DNA from: Lama guanicoe
Taxonomy: Eukaryota
Direction of reading: 5' to 3'
Length of the DNA: 64,000 bases
Assembly (NCBI GenBank): GCA_013239625.1
Contig: MU053594.1
Span: forward strand, 838,536 to 902,535
Shown here: piece after piece, positions 1 through 10,700 of the stretch
How the letters are laid out: the number at the start of each line of letters is the position of its first letter
How positions within the stretch are numbered: position 1 is the first letter of the stretch
Program-made: the position numbers and the translations under genes
Notes under the pieces: generated by a model
Told to the model about the DNA's origin: nothing
What the model saw: the letters and a program-made list of their open reading frames with translations, nothing else
Databases searched by the model: none

Positions 1-93
1 GTGGGGTGGGGGAGGGGGAAGGGGTGGACTCAGCGGACATGCATGAACCAAGGTTGCAGCCGTGGAGGGAGCAGGAGTAACAGATCTCCTCAC

Positions 94-231
94 CGTTCAC
101 AATGACCTGAATGTCCTTGAAGTTGATCTCCCCCCGGGCCAGGATCCTGCCCTCACAGCGGTAAGTACCCTCATCTGTTTTCCTGATGCCTCGGATTTGC
201 AGGTAGTTGTTGGCCAGGACTATGAATCGGA
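94..231 (-). CDS. NCAM1: NCAM1 coding exon 5 (138 nt; second half of Ig2)
   Basis: Manual translation gives (V)[45 protein letters not shown](V). Acceptor ctcttccag|, donor G|gtgagg. The gene continues beyond the left edge of the window. Confidence 0.97.
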
Positions 232-627
232 CTGGAAGAGACAAGAGGCAGGTTCAGCCAGGGAGCAGTCAGAGGACTGGTATCTGCAGGCAGGTCACTG
301 AGCCTCTCCTTTTTCCTACCTTCAGTCTCACAGGGGTTAGAGGAGGGCTGGGAACGGGGAGGGCTTTGAGCTGAAATGAGAAAATGTGTCCCTGGCAACA
401 ACCTAGAGCCACGAGCAAAAGTCTATCGGAAATGTGTCTCTTTCTTTGGCGAGAAAGTCAAGTGCCTGCATATACAAGCTATAGACATGCACCCGTTGAC
501 CTGGAAAGGGCATGTGGTTCTGGGACCCCAGAATTTAAGATTGGGCTGGAATGCCTCAGAAGCTGGCAGAGGTGGAAACTCTATGAAACTCAGTGGCACA
601 GGGGAAAAGGCAGCTGGCAGGTCTCAC

Positions 628-771
628 CATCTTTTTTCAGGATGACATCTCGGCCTTTGTGTTTCCAGATGATGGTTGGAGGGAGGGAGCTGACCACATC
701 ACACACGATCACGGCATCCTCCCCCTCCCTGAACTCCTGTGGGGTTGGCGCATTCTTGAACATGAGCTTCT
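628..771 (-). CDS. NCAM1: NCAM1 coding exon 4 (144 nt; first half of Ig2 with the heparin-binding segment)
   Basis: Manual translation gives (Q)KLMFKNAPTPQEFREGEDAVIVCDVVSSLPPTIIWKHKGRDVILKKD(V). Acceptor attttccag|, donor G|gtgaga. Not captured by the ORF track. Confidence 0.97.
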
Positions 772-861
772 CTGGAAAATGAGCAAGGGGAGAGTGAGGG
801 AAAACAGCTGGTTCTCTGACAAATATTCCTTTTCACTGGCGCCATACTGCTTGGATTCGAG

Positions 862-897
<36 letters not shown>
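862..897. repeat. compound (TA)n(CA)n microsatellite in NCAM1 intron 3
   Basis: tatatatatatatatatat followed by acacacacacacacaca. Confidence 0.95.
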
Positions 898-1853
898 GAC
901 AGTGGTACAAAAGGGGGTCCCACCCATCACTTGGCCAAAGATGCAGGCAGAGCAGGTGACACAAGTAGGGGAATATGTCATCAGTGTTTGGCAATCAACG
1001 TCTATTCACTGAGTGTGAATTGATCACACTTTGTGCAGAGAAGGGTCTACAAAGTGAAAGGGAGTGTCTTTCCCAAGGGTCCCCACCACATGGGATGGAG
1101 TTAATGAAACACTATGCACAGGTAGACTGAGCTGGCAGAACATCTATTCCACAGTGAGTCGTAGGAGCCATCAGTCCTTCCTCTGTCTCCCCTACTGTCT
1201 GCCACCCCTACCCAACTTGTCTACAGCAGAGAGAATTTTGAAGAACAGGACAGAAGAAAGCAGGCCCATGGCAGTGGGTACCATGGCGATCAATACTGTT
1301 CCATCAGCTGTCACCCACCATCTCCCTGGCCAACAGGACAGATGCACAATAACAAGGTAATGAGATGCCACCTCCAGACTGGTTTCGGGGGCAATGAGAA
1401 CTGCCCGCTCTGAGTGCCAGTGCTAAGATAATCACTGTGCAATGTCCCACCAAGCCTTTGCACTCCATTTCCAGCAGGAAAGAGTGAAATAAGAGAGGAA
1501 AACCTGAGCTGTACAAGTCAGCCAAGACTTGGGGAAGGGAGAGGGGAACCCATACCAGCCCTCTAGGAATGTGTAATTTGAATTTAAAGAATGGAGGCCA
1601 GCAGGAGGTACCTGTGACCAGCATGAATCCAGCTGTGAGTTCTGAGTTGGCCAAGGATCATTTAAGACTGTATTGCAGTCTTGGCTCGATTCGGAAAAGA
1701 CTCAGGGAGAGGAAGCGAGGAAAGGGGTCCCACCAAGCCCTTAGCCGTCGGTCCTCTACTCCATCCTCCATCCCACTCTGTCTGCTACCCATGTGTCTTC
1801 CTGGCCAAAGGAGAGGACAGGAAATAACAGAAGGAGAAGGAGGAGGGTCTTAC

Positions 1854-2072
1854 GGAAGATCTTCACGTTGACCGTGGCCTCGGACTCACTGCCATCCTCT
1901 GCCGTGACCACGCACTTGTAAATGCCGGCATCGTCAATGTTGGCGTTGTAGATGGTGAGGGTGGAAGAGGAGTCATCGTTCCACACCACGGAGATCCGCT
2001 GCTGGTTCGGGGTGAGCTTTTCTCCATTGGGGGAGAACCAGGAGATGTCTTTATCTTTGGCATCTCCTGCCA
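1854..2072 (-). CDS. NCAM1: NCAM1 coding exon 3 (219 nt; second half of Ig1)
   Basis: Translates to (V)AGDAKDKDISWFSPNGEKLTPNQQRISVVWNDDSSSTLTIYNANIDDAGIYKCVVTAEDGSESEATVNVKIF(Q), including the Ig D-x-G-x-Y-x-C motif. Acceptor ctctttag|, donor C|gtaaga. Confidence 0.98.
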
Positions 2073-3754
2073 CTAAAGAGGAAGAGATTATTTGCAAACC
2101 ACTGATGCTGAGAAGACAAAGACCCCTGCAGGGTGACAGTGGGTGCTCAGTAAAGAGTTACTGAAGGAGAGATCACTGGGCGTGACGGTTAGGGAGCGAT
2201 GACCATTTACATCAGTGGCTTCAAAGTTTAATTGTTATGCATGTATCATGACTCACAGTGTTCAGAAAGAAATCAGCAAACACTTGGGCTGGTTTTTCTC
2301 ACAGTGGGCCTATCCCTAGTGAAGGAAGAGAAATGTGTTGAGGACCTACTGTGTGTCAGGCGCTAAGCTAAGAGATTATAGCCTCAAAGAACGGGGGGCA
2401 AAGGGAGTTAGCACATCTAGGATCCGAGCTCAAGGACCAGCTGGTCTGAGCCAACTCATCAGCTTGTTTTCGAGGGCTTCGATTACCTTCTCCTAAGTGG
2501 AAGATGAGACACTGGCTAGTCTAGGAGTGTGGATTCCAACCGCTTTTATTCTAGTATCTGCCTGCACAAATTGGCATCACTGTCATTTCAGCACCCCTTG
2601 TCTCAGACAGACACAGGCACTTCCTTAAACTGCTGCAAAGAAGGTAGCCGGCATCACTCAGGCATCTTTCCTCCAGGTACCCGGGAGGGGATGCTGCTGC
2701 AGAGCTGTGTACACACTGAGCTGGAGCAAGGGCTCTGGGATCCCCGATCCCCGGAAGTGGTTTCACTCTGCCTCTCTGCATGGCTCCCTTCCCTTGACCT
2801 TTCAGGGCCCATCATGCTTTCAATAAATATCACTATTTGCAAGATGTGCTGTGGCATCCATGGCTGCATCTCCAGATCGTTTAAATTGCTATAATGTAGG
2901 CGAAGCTGGAGGGAACACATCCTGTGGCCACCAGCCCACCTCATCCAGCACAAATCGTGACAGCATTTAAAGGCCCCTCCCCGCTGAAAGCTGCTAGCTC
3001 AATGTCACAGTTTACACCTAGCTCCGCTCTTCCCTGGTTCCCTCATGTTCCAAATCCCAGGTATGCCACACACAGAAACTCCAAAGCCTCGTCTGAAGCC
3101 TTTTCTCCACAGGACATTTCCTGATAATTAGCCGGGCTGTAGAAATGGGGCATATTTTTTAAACAACAACAACAAAAAAGACACCAGGTCCGACAAAATC
3201 CAAACTCTGGTGGGGGCAACGGGACAGAATACTGACACCCATGGTAGGGCTGGAAAACCCAGGGCATGTGCCTGACAGCAAAAAGAGGTACCACTTCTCA
3301 ATTTTTTTGCAGGCACTCCTTGAATTTTCCTGCTCTGGGGGATTCTAATGAATAAGCCTTCCACTGACCCGCTCAAGCATCCTTTCTGAACCAGCGCTGT
3401 TCTCCAGCATCATTTACAGAACTCTGGATTTATGCAGAGCTGGGGGTCTGGGAAGGGGGGGAGGACTCGCTATTCTGGGGGTTGTGCTGACTTTCCGGAG
3501 AGAATCTCTAGATCTCTTCACTGTCAAGCAGCAGTCCACAAGGCACATTTCTTTGTGCTGGCGCAGCCTTTGCAAGGGGAAGGGAGAGGGCCTGAGCACT
3601 TCCCTGGTTCTCAGTGGGGTCACCCTGCCAACCCAGCTGCAAAGCCACGCCCAGAATCCCAGGCACCACAGTGTGATCAGCCTGACACAAACAGCCCCTG
3701 GCTTCTGCCCTGCTGGGTGGCGTTCCGGCAATACAGTGGGACGTGGGCACTTGC

Positions 3755-3829
3755 CTTGGCATAAGAAGAATTTGGACTCTCCAACGCTGATTTCTCCTTG
3801 GCTGGGAACAATATCCACCTGCAGAGAAA
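3755..3829 (-). CDS. NCAM1: NCAM1 coding exon 2 (75 nt; end of signal peptide and first half of Ig1)
   Basis: Minus-strand translation (V)SLQVDIVPSQGEISVGESKFFLCQ(V) is the NCAM1 N-terminus. Acceptor is ttttctctttctcag| and donor is AAG|gcaagt (GC donor). Phase 1/1. Confidence 0.96.
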
Positions 3830-6800
3830 CTGAGAAAGAGAAAGGCCAGTTTAAACACATTTGAAATTTTGAGCGGGGAAATCAGAGTTTTCATTCAAAA
3901 ACGGGGTCCCTACCTCTCGCTCACTTCAAGAAAGAGTGAAGAGAGGAGGTTGTTTGGGTTTTGAGAACTTGTCACCATCCCAGTTCCTCATGCCAGAGCC
4001 AGGAGTGGACAAGGTCCAGGCCCTTCCCTGGGGAACCGCTGTCCTCCATCAGGTAAGGTGAGGTCCCTGGGAGACCTAGAGTGACCTCTGCCCTAAATAT
4101 TTCTGACCCCTTGAAAAGACTTATGGTTCTGCTCCAAACAGCAACACTTCTGGGATTCATAGAAATAGCAGCCCATCCCGTTCCATTCGGATGATCAACC
4201 TGAAGCGTGTTAACGGGGAGACCAGCAACTCCCCAACTCTGCACACGGTTTCCTGCCAACTCCCCGCACCGCTGAGCTGAATCACTCTGGGGAAGGCTTC
4301 ATCGTTAAGATCCAAACTGAGTCCAAAGCAGGGGGTACCAAACAAATGCTCAAGTGACCTCCTGACTGTAGGACCAACATAATTCTTTGCCCAAGAGGAG
4401 ACTGCATCAAACACCAGCACTCCAAGGAGTCAGTCAGCTCTTCCGAGATGCCGGAGGCCATGCCTGGCGGGATCCCCGGCACCCCTTGGCTGCGGCACTG
4501 CATCTGTGTTTGCCTGTGCCTGTGTTCTGTCAATCCCCTCCACCGATAAGACAAAATACATCGCACCGGATTTCACAGATCCCTGTATTCACGGAGTTCC
4601 TCCTTTATCTGCTCAGAGCAGACAACCATTCCTCATAAAAATACAGCTTGAGCATTAAGGAAAAATATGCTATTATTTATTTGGATTCAGCTTCCTTCTG
4701 CCTCTCCTCCTCTTAGGTAAAGGAAATCTGCCAGCTAAAGGCCAATGGACCTTTGGTTCAAGGCAGGTAGCTTCTCAAAGCCCATACGAAGGAGGGGCCT
4801 GGACAAAACAGGCCAGGTGATAGAGACTCAGCGAGCCCTCGCCCCTAACAGCCATTTTCTCTTCACAGTAGAACGGAGGGAACGCTCGTTGCCATGGCGA
4901 CCGGCCTGCGGGCTGAGCTGCTGCGGGTCTCGGCCTGTGCTCCTTTGATGAAGCAACCAGGCTTGTGCTCAGCGGAGCAGAGGGATCAAAGGGCCTGCTT
5001 GGGGCGGGGGAAGAGGGTTGTGAGGGCAACTCAGTTATTGGGGGCCCAGCCTTCTGAATCATCCTACAGACAGAGCAGACCATGGAGAAACCCAGCGGAG
5101 GCTGCGGAGAAAGGGAAGGTGTGGAGGGGTAGGAAATGAACAGGTGAGGAGCGAGGGTAAGGGTGAGGAACCTGGAACCAGCCAGGAGAGGATGCTGAGT
5201 GCTCCATCGTGAGGAAAAGAAGTGGGAACCCAGGAATTTCCAAAGGCTGGTTTGGAAGAAATATTACATCACTGAGGGGCAGCCTCTCTCTCTCTCTAAC
5301 TTTGCTGCTGATTACTCATTTCGGGCCCAATACGCAATTCTTCCCGAGAGTAGTGAAAGATCTTCCCCTGCCTTCCCTGAACTCTGCCTGCAACTCACAG
5401 AGATGCAATGGAACATAATGCTGGGGTCAGGGCCCCGGCACCCCCGGGGCAGCTGTGCCCGGCCGTGGCGTGTTTCTCCCATCACTCCCCTCTGGATGGA
5501 GTCAGAGGTCACTCAGTTCTAAACTGACGGAGCAGAAGCGGGTCCCAATCATCACCATGTCCCGCCTCCTCACTTTCTGGATGAGAAAAGAGAGCTAAAG
5601 TCACTTGCCGTGAGGACCAGGGTGGCCCCAGAGCCCAGGCCACCTGACTCCCAGGTAAGTGTTCTCCCCATTATGGAATGCTGCCTCTGTGAGTAGAGGA
5701 TAAAATGTTTCCAACTCAGTCTAGCTAACAACCCGGCCACCATGAGGGGCAGCCCTCAGATGCACAGCCCCGAACAGAACAGAGGAGCATTTGGGGGAGC
5801 ATGGAGCCTTACAGAGAGGGGACAGGCCAGTGCCACCCATCTGAAGGCCAACTGGAACCTTTTCGATCCCTGTCTGTGTCTCCTGTTCCAAGGAACAGCG
5901 GGCCTGTGAAGCCCAGAAGCCGTGCCGATGCCACCCGTCACCTGAGTGATGGTCCTTTCTGGAGTTGACTGGGATGTTCTTTGGAGAAAGAGAAGCATAT
6001 TTCTGCCTGGAAAGTTCACTGGCCATATGCTGTGTATTAGCAGCCAGCTTCAAACACATGGATCCTGTTACTCCCCTTACTGCTTAGAGAAGGATTTTCT
6101 TATCCCAAGTGAAAAAACAGCCTTCATTTTTTCCAGCTCTTTTCAAACAGAACATGACTCTCAAGGGGCAGGAGAACACGGCAAGGCTGAAGTATTTTCA
6201 TACACAGATGTGGCCAGTAGCCCAGTATCCTCCTCTGGGGGCCGTGGAGAGAAATGAGAATTACAAAGGAATTCCCAGCTTCCCCAGATTCCGTGCACAC
6301 ATTTTTCATCGCAGACGGTTTTTCAAGAAGAGATATCCATTTAGACGCCTGACCTTTTGCACACATGGAAAAGACAGTGATTTCGCCTTCAAGACACCAG
6401 TCAAAACAGGGCCAAAGGAACCCCAGACTCTCTGAAAAAGCAACGCTTGGATGTTTTCCACTGGAGCACAATGGCTGATTATTTTCCCCAAAGGTGAAAC
6501 TGTGAATTCTTAGGCTTAAAAATGGTACGTGGAAATCCTGCGCCTAACTCCAAACTCCTTCCCTCCGCTTCTTAGGGTCCCTTCCTCTCTTACTGTATTA
6601 GTCCTTCCACTGCCCCCAGTACAAACTCCTGCCTCAGCTTTCACCTTTCTCCGGGTGCAAGGGTAACTGAAATTTCCTAACCAGGCGTAACTCAGACTCT
6701 GAAAGCAACTGTGAATACCTTCCTCCCAGAAAAAGCACCCCATCTCTCCCTTTGCAGAAGCGCGCTCTGCATCAGCTCTGTGTGTTCATCTGCGTCATCT

Positions 6801-6989
6801 CAGATGCATCCAAAGACACACACTTATCAACATGGCCGTTTGGACCTGTTGGGGACGCAGGGGAAGGGCTTTCTGTGTCCTCCGACAACGGCTGATCCCC
6901 AAGGCCTCGGGCGGCCAGTTCACACTTTCTGGTTTAGAAAACACACTCTGTTATTTCATCTGAGGCTCACGGCAGCTCTGAGATGTAAA

Positions 6990-7130
6990 AAGGCTGGTAC
7001 TTTTGTCTCCATTCTACAGAGGAGGATATTAAAGCTCAAGGAGAAGACATAACTTGACCAGGGTAACTTAGCTAATGAGTAGTGAAGTCTAGACTAAAAG
7101 CCATCTAATTTGAAGTCTCCATCTAGCTCT
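6990..7130 (-). mobile_element. MIR SINE fragment
   Basis: tctccattctacagaggaggatattaaagctc...aacttgaccagggtaacttagctaatgagt resembles the reverse MIR core (cccattttacagatgaggaaactgaggc). Confidence 0.6.
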
Positions 7131-7334
7131 TCCCACTACACTCCACAACCACCCCACCTCTTCTGTTGACCTCCTAATAGACTTGTTATTTCCTGCGAGT
7201 TATCATTTGCTCTCTTTCAAAATTATGGACTAGAAAGAGCAAGAGTGTACAAGCATCTTACTATCAAGTTGCTGCCATCATTTCTACTCTGGTTAACCAT
7301 GACTGGCCTCTCTGTTCACAGATAATCAGAGCAT

Positions 7335-7440
7335 TACAATTCCCATTTTACAGACAGGGAAGTGGAGGCTCAGAGCCACAAGCAATGGTAGTAACGGGGT
7401 CAAGATTCAGGCCCAGATCAAATGGCATCCAAAGCCCCAG
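7335..7440 (-). mobile_element. MIR SINE fragment
   Basis: cccattttacagacagggaagtggaggctcagag...gattcaggcccagatc. Confidence 0.65.
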
Positions 7441-8108
7441 CCATCTCTCTCCCACATTCTTCTCTCCCTTGTGAACAGACAGTAAAAGGTTCTTTTGAGA
7501 ACGGAGTGAGTCCCCTCTCCTCATCTCATTTAAAAAGTAAAATAACCCTGTGGGAGATGGATATGTTTTAAAATGTGTTTTCTGCTTAAATGTCTTTTTT
7601 TTTTTTTAATGGATGCCATGTGCTGAAAGACATGCCAACTTGTTTAGCAAATAGCTTCAGGTCGCGGTAGGAGTTTTGTAAACTCCCAAGTCCATGCTAG
7701 AAGCAAGCTATAAAGCCTTAGCTGCTAAAGAAAGGGGAATTAAAGCTTCAGTTCATAGGAGAGGCTAAGGCATCTATCAGAGAGGGGGGAGTCTTACTAA
7801 GACAAAGCCACAGAGAAAAATTATCCTGATTTCAAAACGGAGTTCACAGGTTTCACCTGAGCCAGCAATGTCTTGTAGCAATTTAATTTTACTGTTCTTT
7901 TCAGATTCTGCTGTGCTTGAGGAAGTAGGAGCTGAAAGCAGAACGTGAGTCCAGGTCTCTCCCACAGCTAACTGACAATACCTTCTTGTTAAATGGTTAT
8001 AAAGACACCAGCTCCCAAGGAAGACAGACTATAGATGTGCTGTAGTCCCAGGGCCAAGGTAGGCACGCCCGAGGACCATGCCCTGGTCACCAACTTAAAA
8101 AATGGGTG

Positions 8109-8304
8109 TTTGCAGACACTGACAGGCATATGCAGAATAGATAAACAAGATTATACTGTACAGCACAGGGAAATATATACAAGATCTTGTGGTGAATGCG
8201 ACAATGAATATATGTATGTTCACGTATAACTGGAAAGTTGTGCTCTACACTGGAATTTGACATAACATTGTAAAATGATTATAACTCCATAATAAAAAAA
8301 AGAG
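8109..8304 (+). mobile_element. 5'-truncated LINE-1 3' end with A-tail and TSD
   Basis: L1 3'UTR motif ttatactgtacagcacagggaaatatatacaagatcttgt...ataacattgtaaaatgattataactc, then an A tail. Flanked by aaaaaatgggtg (8097-8108) and aagagatgggtg (8300-8311) at a TT|AAAA site. Confidence 0.85.
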
Positions 8305-8704
8305 ATGGGTGAACTACAGAGGATTAATCTGATCAGTGACTATGCATTAGATAAGGGGATTTCTAGAACCTATTTCATAAGGGCTAAGGATTTCTGAAAA
8401 AGGCATCAAATTCTAGTTCTACATTTATTTTGTCAGTTGTTCTAGAAATGAGCCTTCAGTATTACTATCCTTAACCACTTCAGTGGAGACTTGTCTTTTA
8501 TTTTTCCAAGGATGCTGAAGTCTCCTTCATCTGATGTACCTGTGAGAAATCCAGATGTCGGAACCAGGGGCGTAATAACCAAGGCATCCCCTCCTGCCAG
8601 ACATCCTGCTCTCATCATTAGCAAAGTAGTCGAGGGAAAATAAAGGGCAACTTCACTGATAAGCCGACCTAAACTGAATGCAAAACCAAGACCGACATGG
8701 CAGT

Positions 8705-8920
8705 CCTGTAGAGTGGTGAGGCCCGAGGACTCCAGGCCAGTCCTCAGTTGTACGACTTCCTAGCAGTGTAATTTTGGCCAAGTCATGTAACCTCTGGGTG
8801 CCTGTTTCCTCATCTGTAAAATGGGGTAAAACAGAATGCTTATCATTGGGCTGTTGGAAAGATTAAACGCATTCATACTTGTAAAGCACCTATAAGAGTC
8901 TCTGGCACATAATAATACAC
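8705..8920 (+). mobile_element. MIR SINE
   Basis: ggccaagtcatgtaacctctgggtgcctgtttcctcatctgtaaaatgggg...gtaaagcacc...ctggcacata. Confidence 0.85.
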
Positions 8921-9189
8921 GTTATAATACAAGTTATTATTCTTAATAAACCACTGTCAACAACCCTTTCCAAAGAAGTTATTTCGGCTACTACGTTTGA
9001 GAGAAGCAGTATTTCCATTTATGGTTTAAAATGAAGTGACCTTCTTGAATGATTCATTTGGTGGCCAGGTGGCCTGATGCCACTTTCTACATTTTTTTAA
9101 AGATATTGAGCTTGCCCCACCAGATCTTTATTGGTATAAAAGATGACTGAGTTCAGTGAAAGCCAAAAAACAATCATGGAAGCAACTCT

Positions 9190-9260
9190 AGACGAGTCAC
9201 TTCACCCAGGCCTCAGGTTTCCCACCTGTAAAATGGGGATGATAATAAAACTCAATTCGT
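9190..9260 (+). mobile_element. MIR core fragment
   Basis: agtcacttcacccaggcctcaggtttcccacctgtaaaatggggatgataata. Confidence 0.7.
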
Positions 9261-9294
9261 GTGGTTGGACTGTCCTGAGAATTGCACAGTCAGG

Positions 9295-9490
9295 AGAGAG
9301 TCATGTTTAAGAAGGCAGACTCTGGAGGCAGAGAGGCCCGGGTTCAAAAACTCCAGCTTGGACACTTAGTAACTCTGAGATCTCAGGAGAATCTCAGAGC
9401 CTGTTCTCTGCGTTTCTAAAGGAACATAACAACCGGCTCAATCTCACAGGGCTGTTGACTTAGGAAAGCGATGTATGTAAAGTTCCAAAC
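9295..9490 (+). mobile_element. MIR SINE
   Basis: gtttaagaaggcagactctggaggcagagaggcccgggttcaaa...ctcacagggctgttg...tgtatgtaaag. Confidence 0.7.
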
Positions 9491-9551
9491 ATAAGGTCAG
9501 GCTGTGTTGGTTGGTTTTTTAATGATAGTAACCTATGTGGTAGTACTTTGA

Positions 9552-9571
9552 ACACACACACACACACACAC
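9552..9571. repeat. (AC)n microsatellite
   Basis: About 10 AC units. Confidence 0.9.
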
Positions 9572-10636
9572 TAAACAAACAAAATCCCCAATAATGCTGG
9601 CAATGAGAATGAGATAGAACATGGTCCACAAGGATGATGCCACTGTAGAACAGAAGGCCAACATCTGTACAAATATGTATTTATAGTTCCTTTAAATTGA
9701 CATCTAACTTTTGGGTTAATGTTCAGTCTACCTGGTTTTTCTTCTACCCAGCTGCTCTCCACAGTAGCTGAGGCCAGATGGTAAGACTCCCATGTCAAGA
9801 ATGGGTGAGGCTCCTCTGTCATCCTTAATTGTTCATTCATTTTTCTCTCCCCAAATAAGATAAATTCACCTATGTCCAGCTGCTTCTTGCAACAACAGCC
9901 ATCTGACAAGATGAATTATTCTATTCGTATGTACACACACGTTATCTGGGCTCTCAGTGGATATGGTCATACATACACTTAGATAAAAATATACACCCAC
10001 GTATCCTTTAATAGATTTTGGAGAGGTTGAATCTAGACATTAGCGTAACAGATTATCTGAGCCGCTGGGAATTGGGAAGAACTGGGTCCTGGCTCTGTTC
10101 CAGGGGGCTGGCTTCAAATCAGAACACAGAGCCAAGGTGCATAATGGCTTCAGCTCTCTTGGCCTCCTGAGCTCCTTGGGTCAAATGAGCATTTCATTAG
10201 GTTTAACTGATCAGATGAATTAGTTTTATAGGAAAAGTCAGTAGTTTCAAACCATGGTTGCAGTCCTCATGAACCACCTAGAAGCTAGAAAACTTGACTA
10301 ATGTCACATCACAGTGTCCTCATGCTTCTGATTGCAGGTGAGAAGATCTAGAAGAAGCTGGTTTAATCATCTGCTCAGAAGTGATAGATGCATGCTATTC
10401 CCCAGGCCCTCAGTCCTATCGCCAACTCCCACCCCCAGGAACGTACACGCCTCCTCCTAGGAGCACTTTAGAGCATCTTGAGCAGGGAGTCAGAAGAAAT
10501 GACTCAAAGGGATACGAATCAGGAGCAGGACCCAAACAAATTGCACTCCACAGCCTGAGATCAGACGCAGGAGAGACGCCAGCCTAACTCTGACAAAAGG
10601 AGCTTGTGTGTTTGCTTGTTTTAATAGACGATCATA

Positions 10637-10700
10637 CTGCAACGCTATGCTGTACTTCAGAAATTGACACACTGTAACTGACTATATTTTGGTTAAAAAA
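10637..10700 (+). mobile_element. very short LINE-1 3' end with 14-bp TSD
   Basis: tatgctgtacttcagaaattgacacactgtaactgactata plus an A tail. TSD aatagacgatcata (10623-10636) / aatagaagatcata (10701-10714). Confidence 0.85.

Noticed and set aside
3414..3860. 148-aa ORF as a whole protein
   Set aside because: Only 3755-3829 is NCAM1 exon 2. The rest is read-through into introns.
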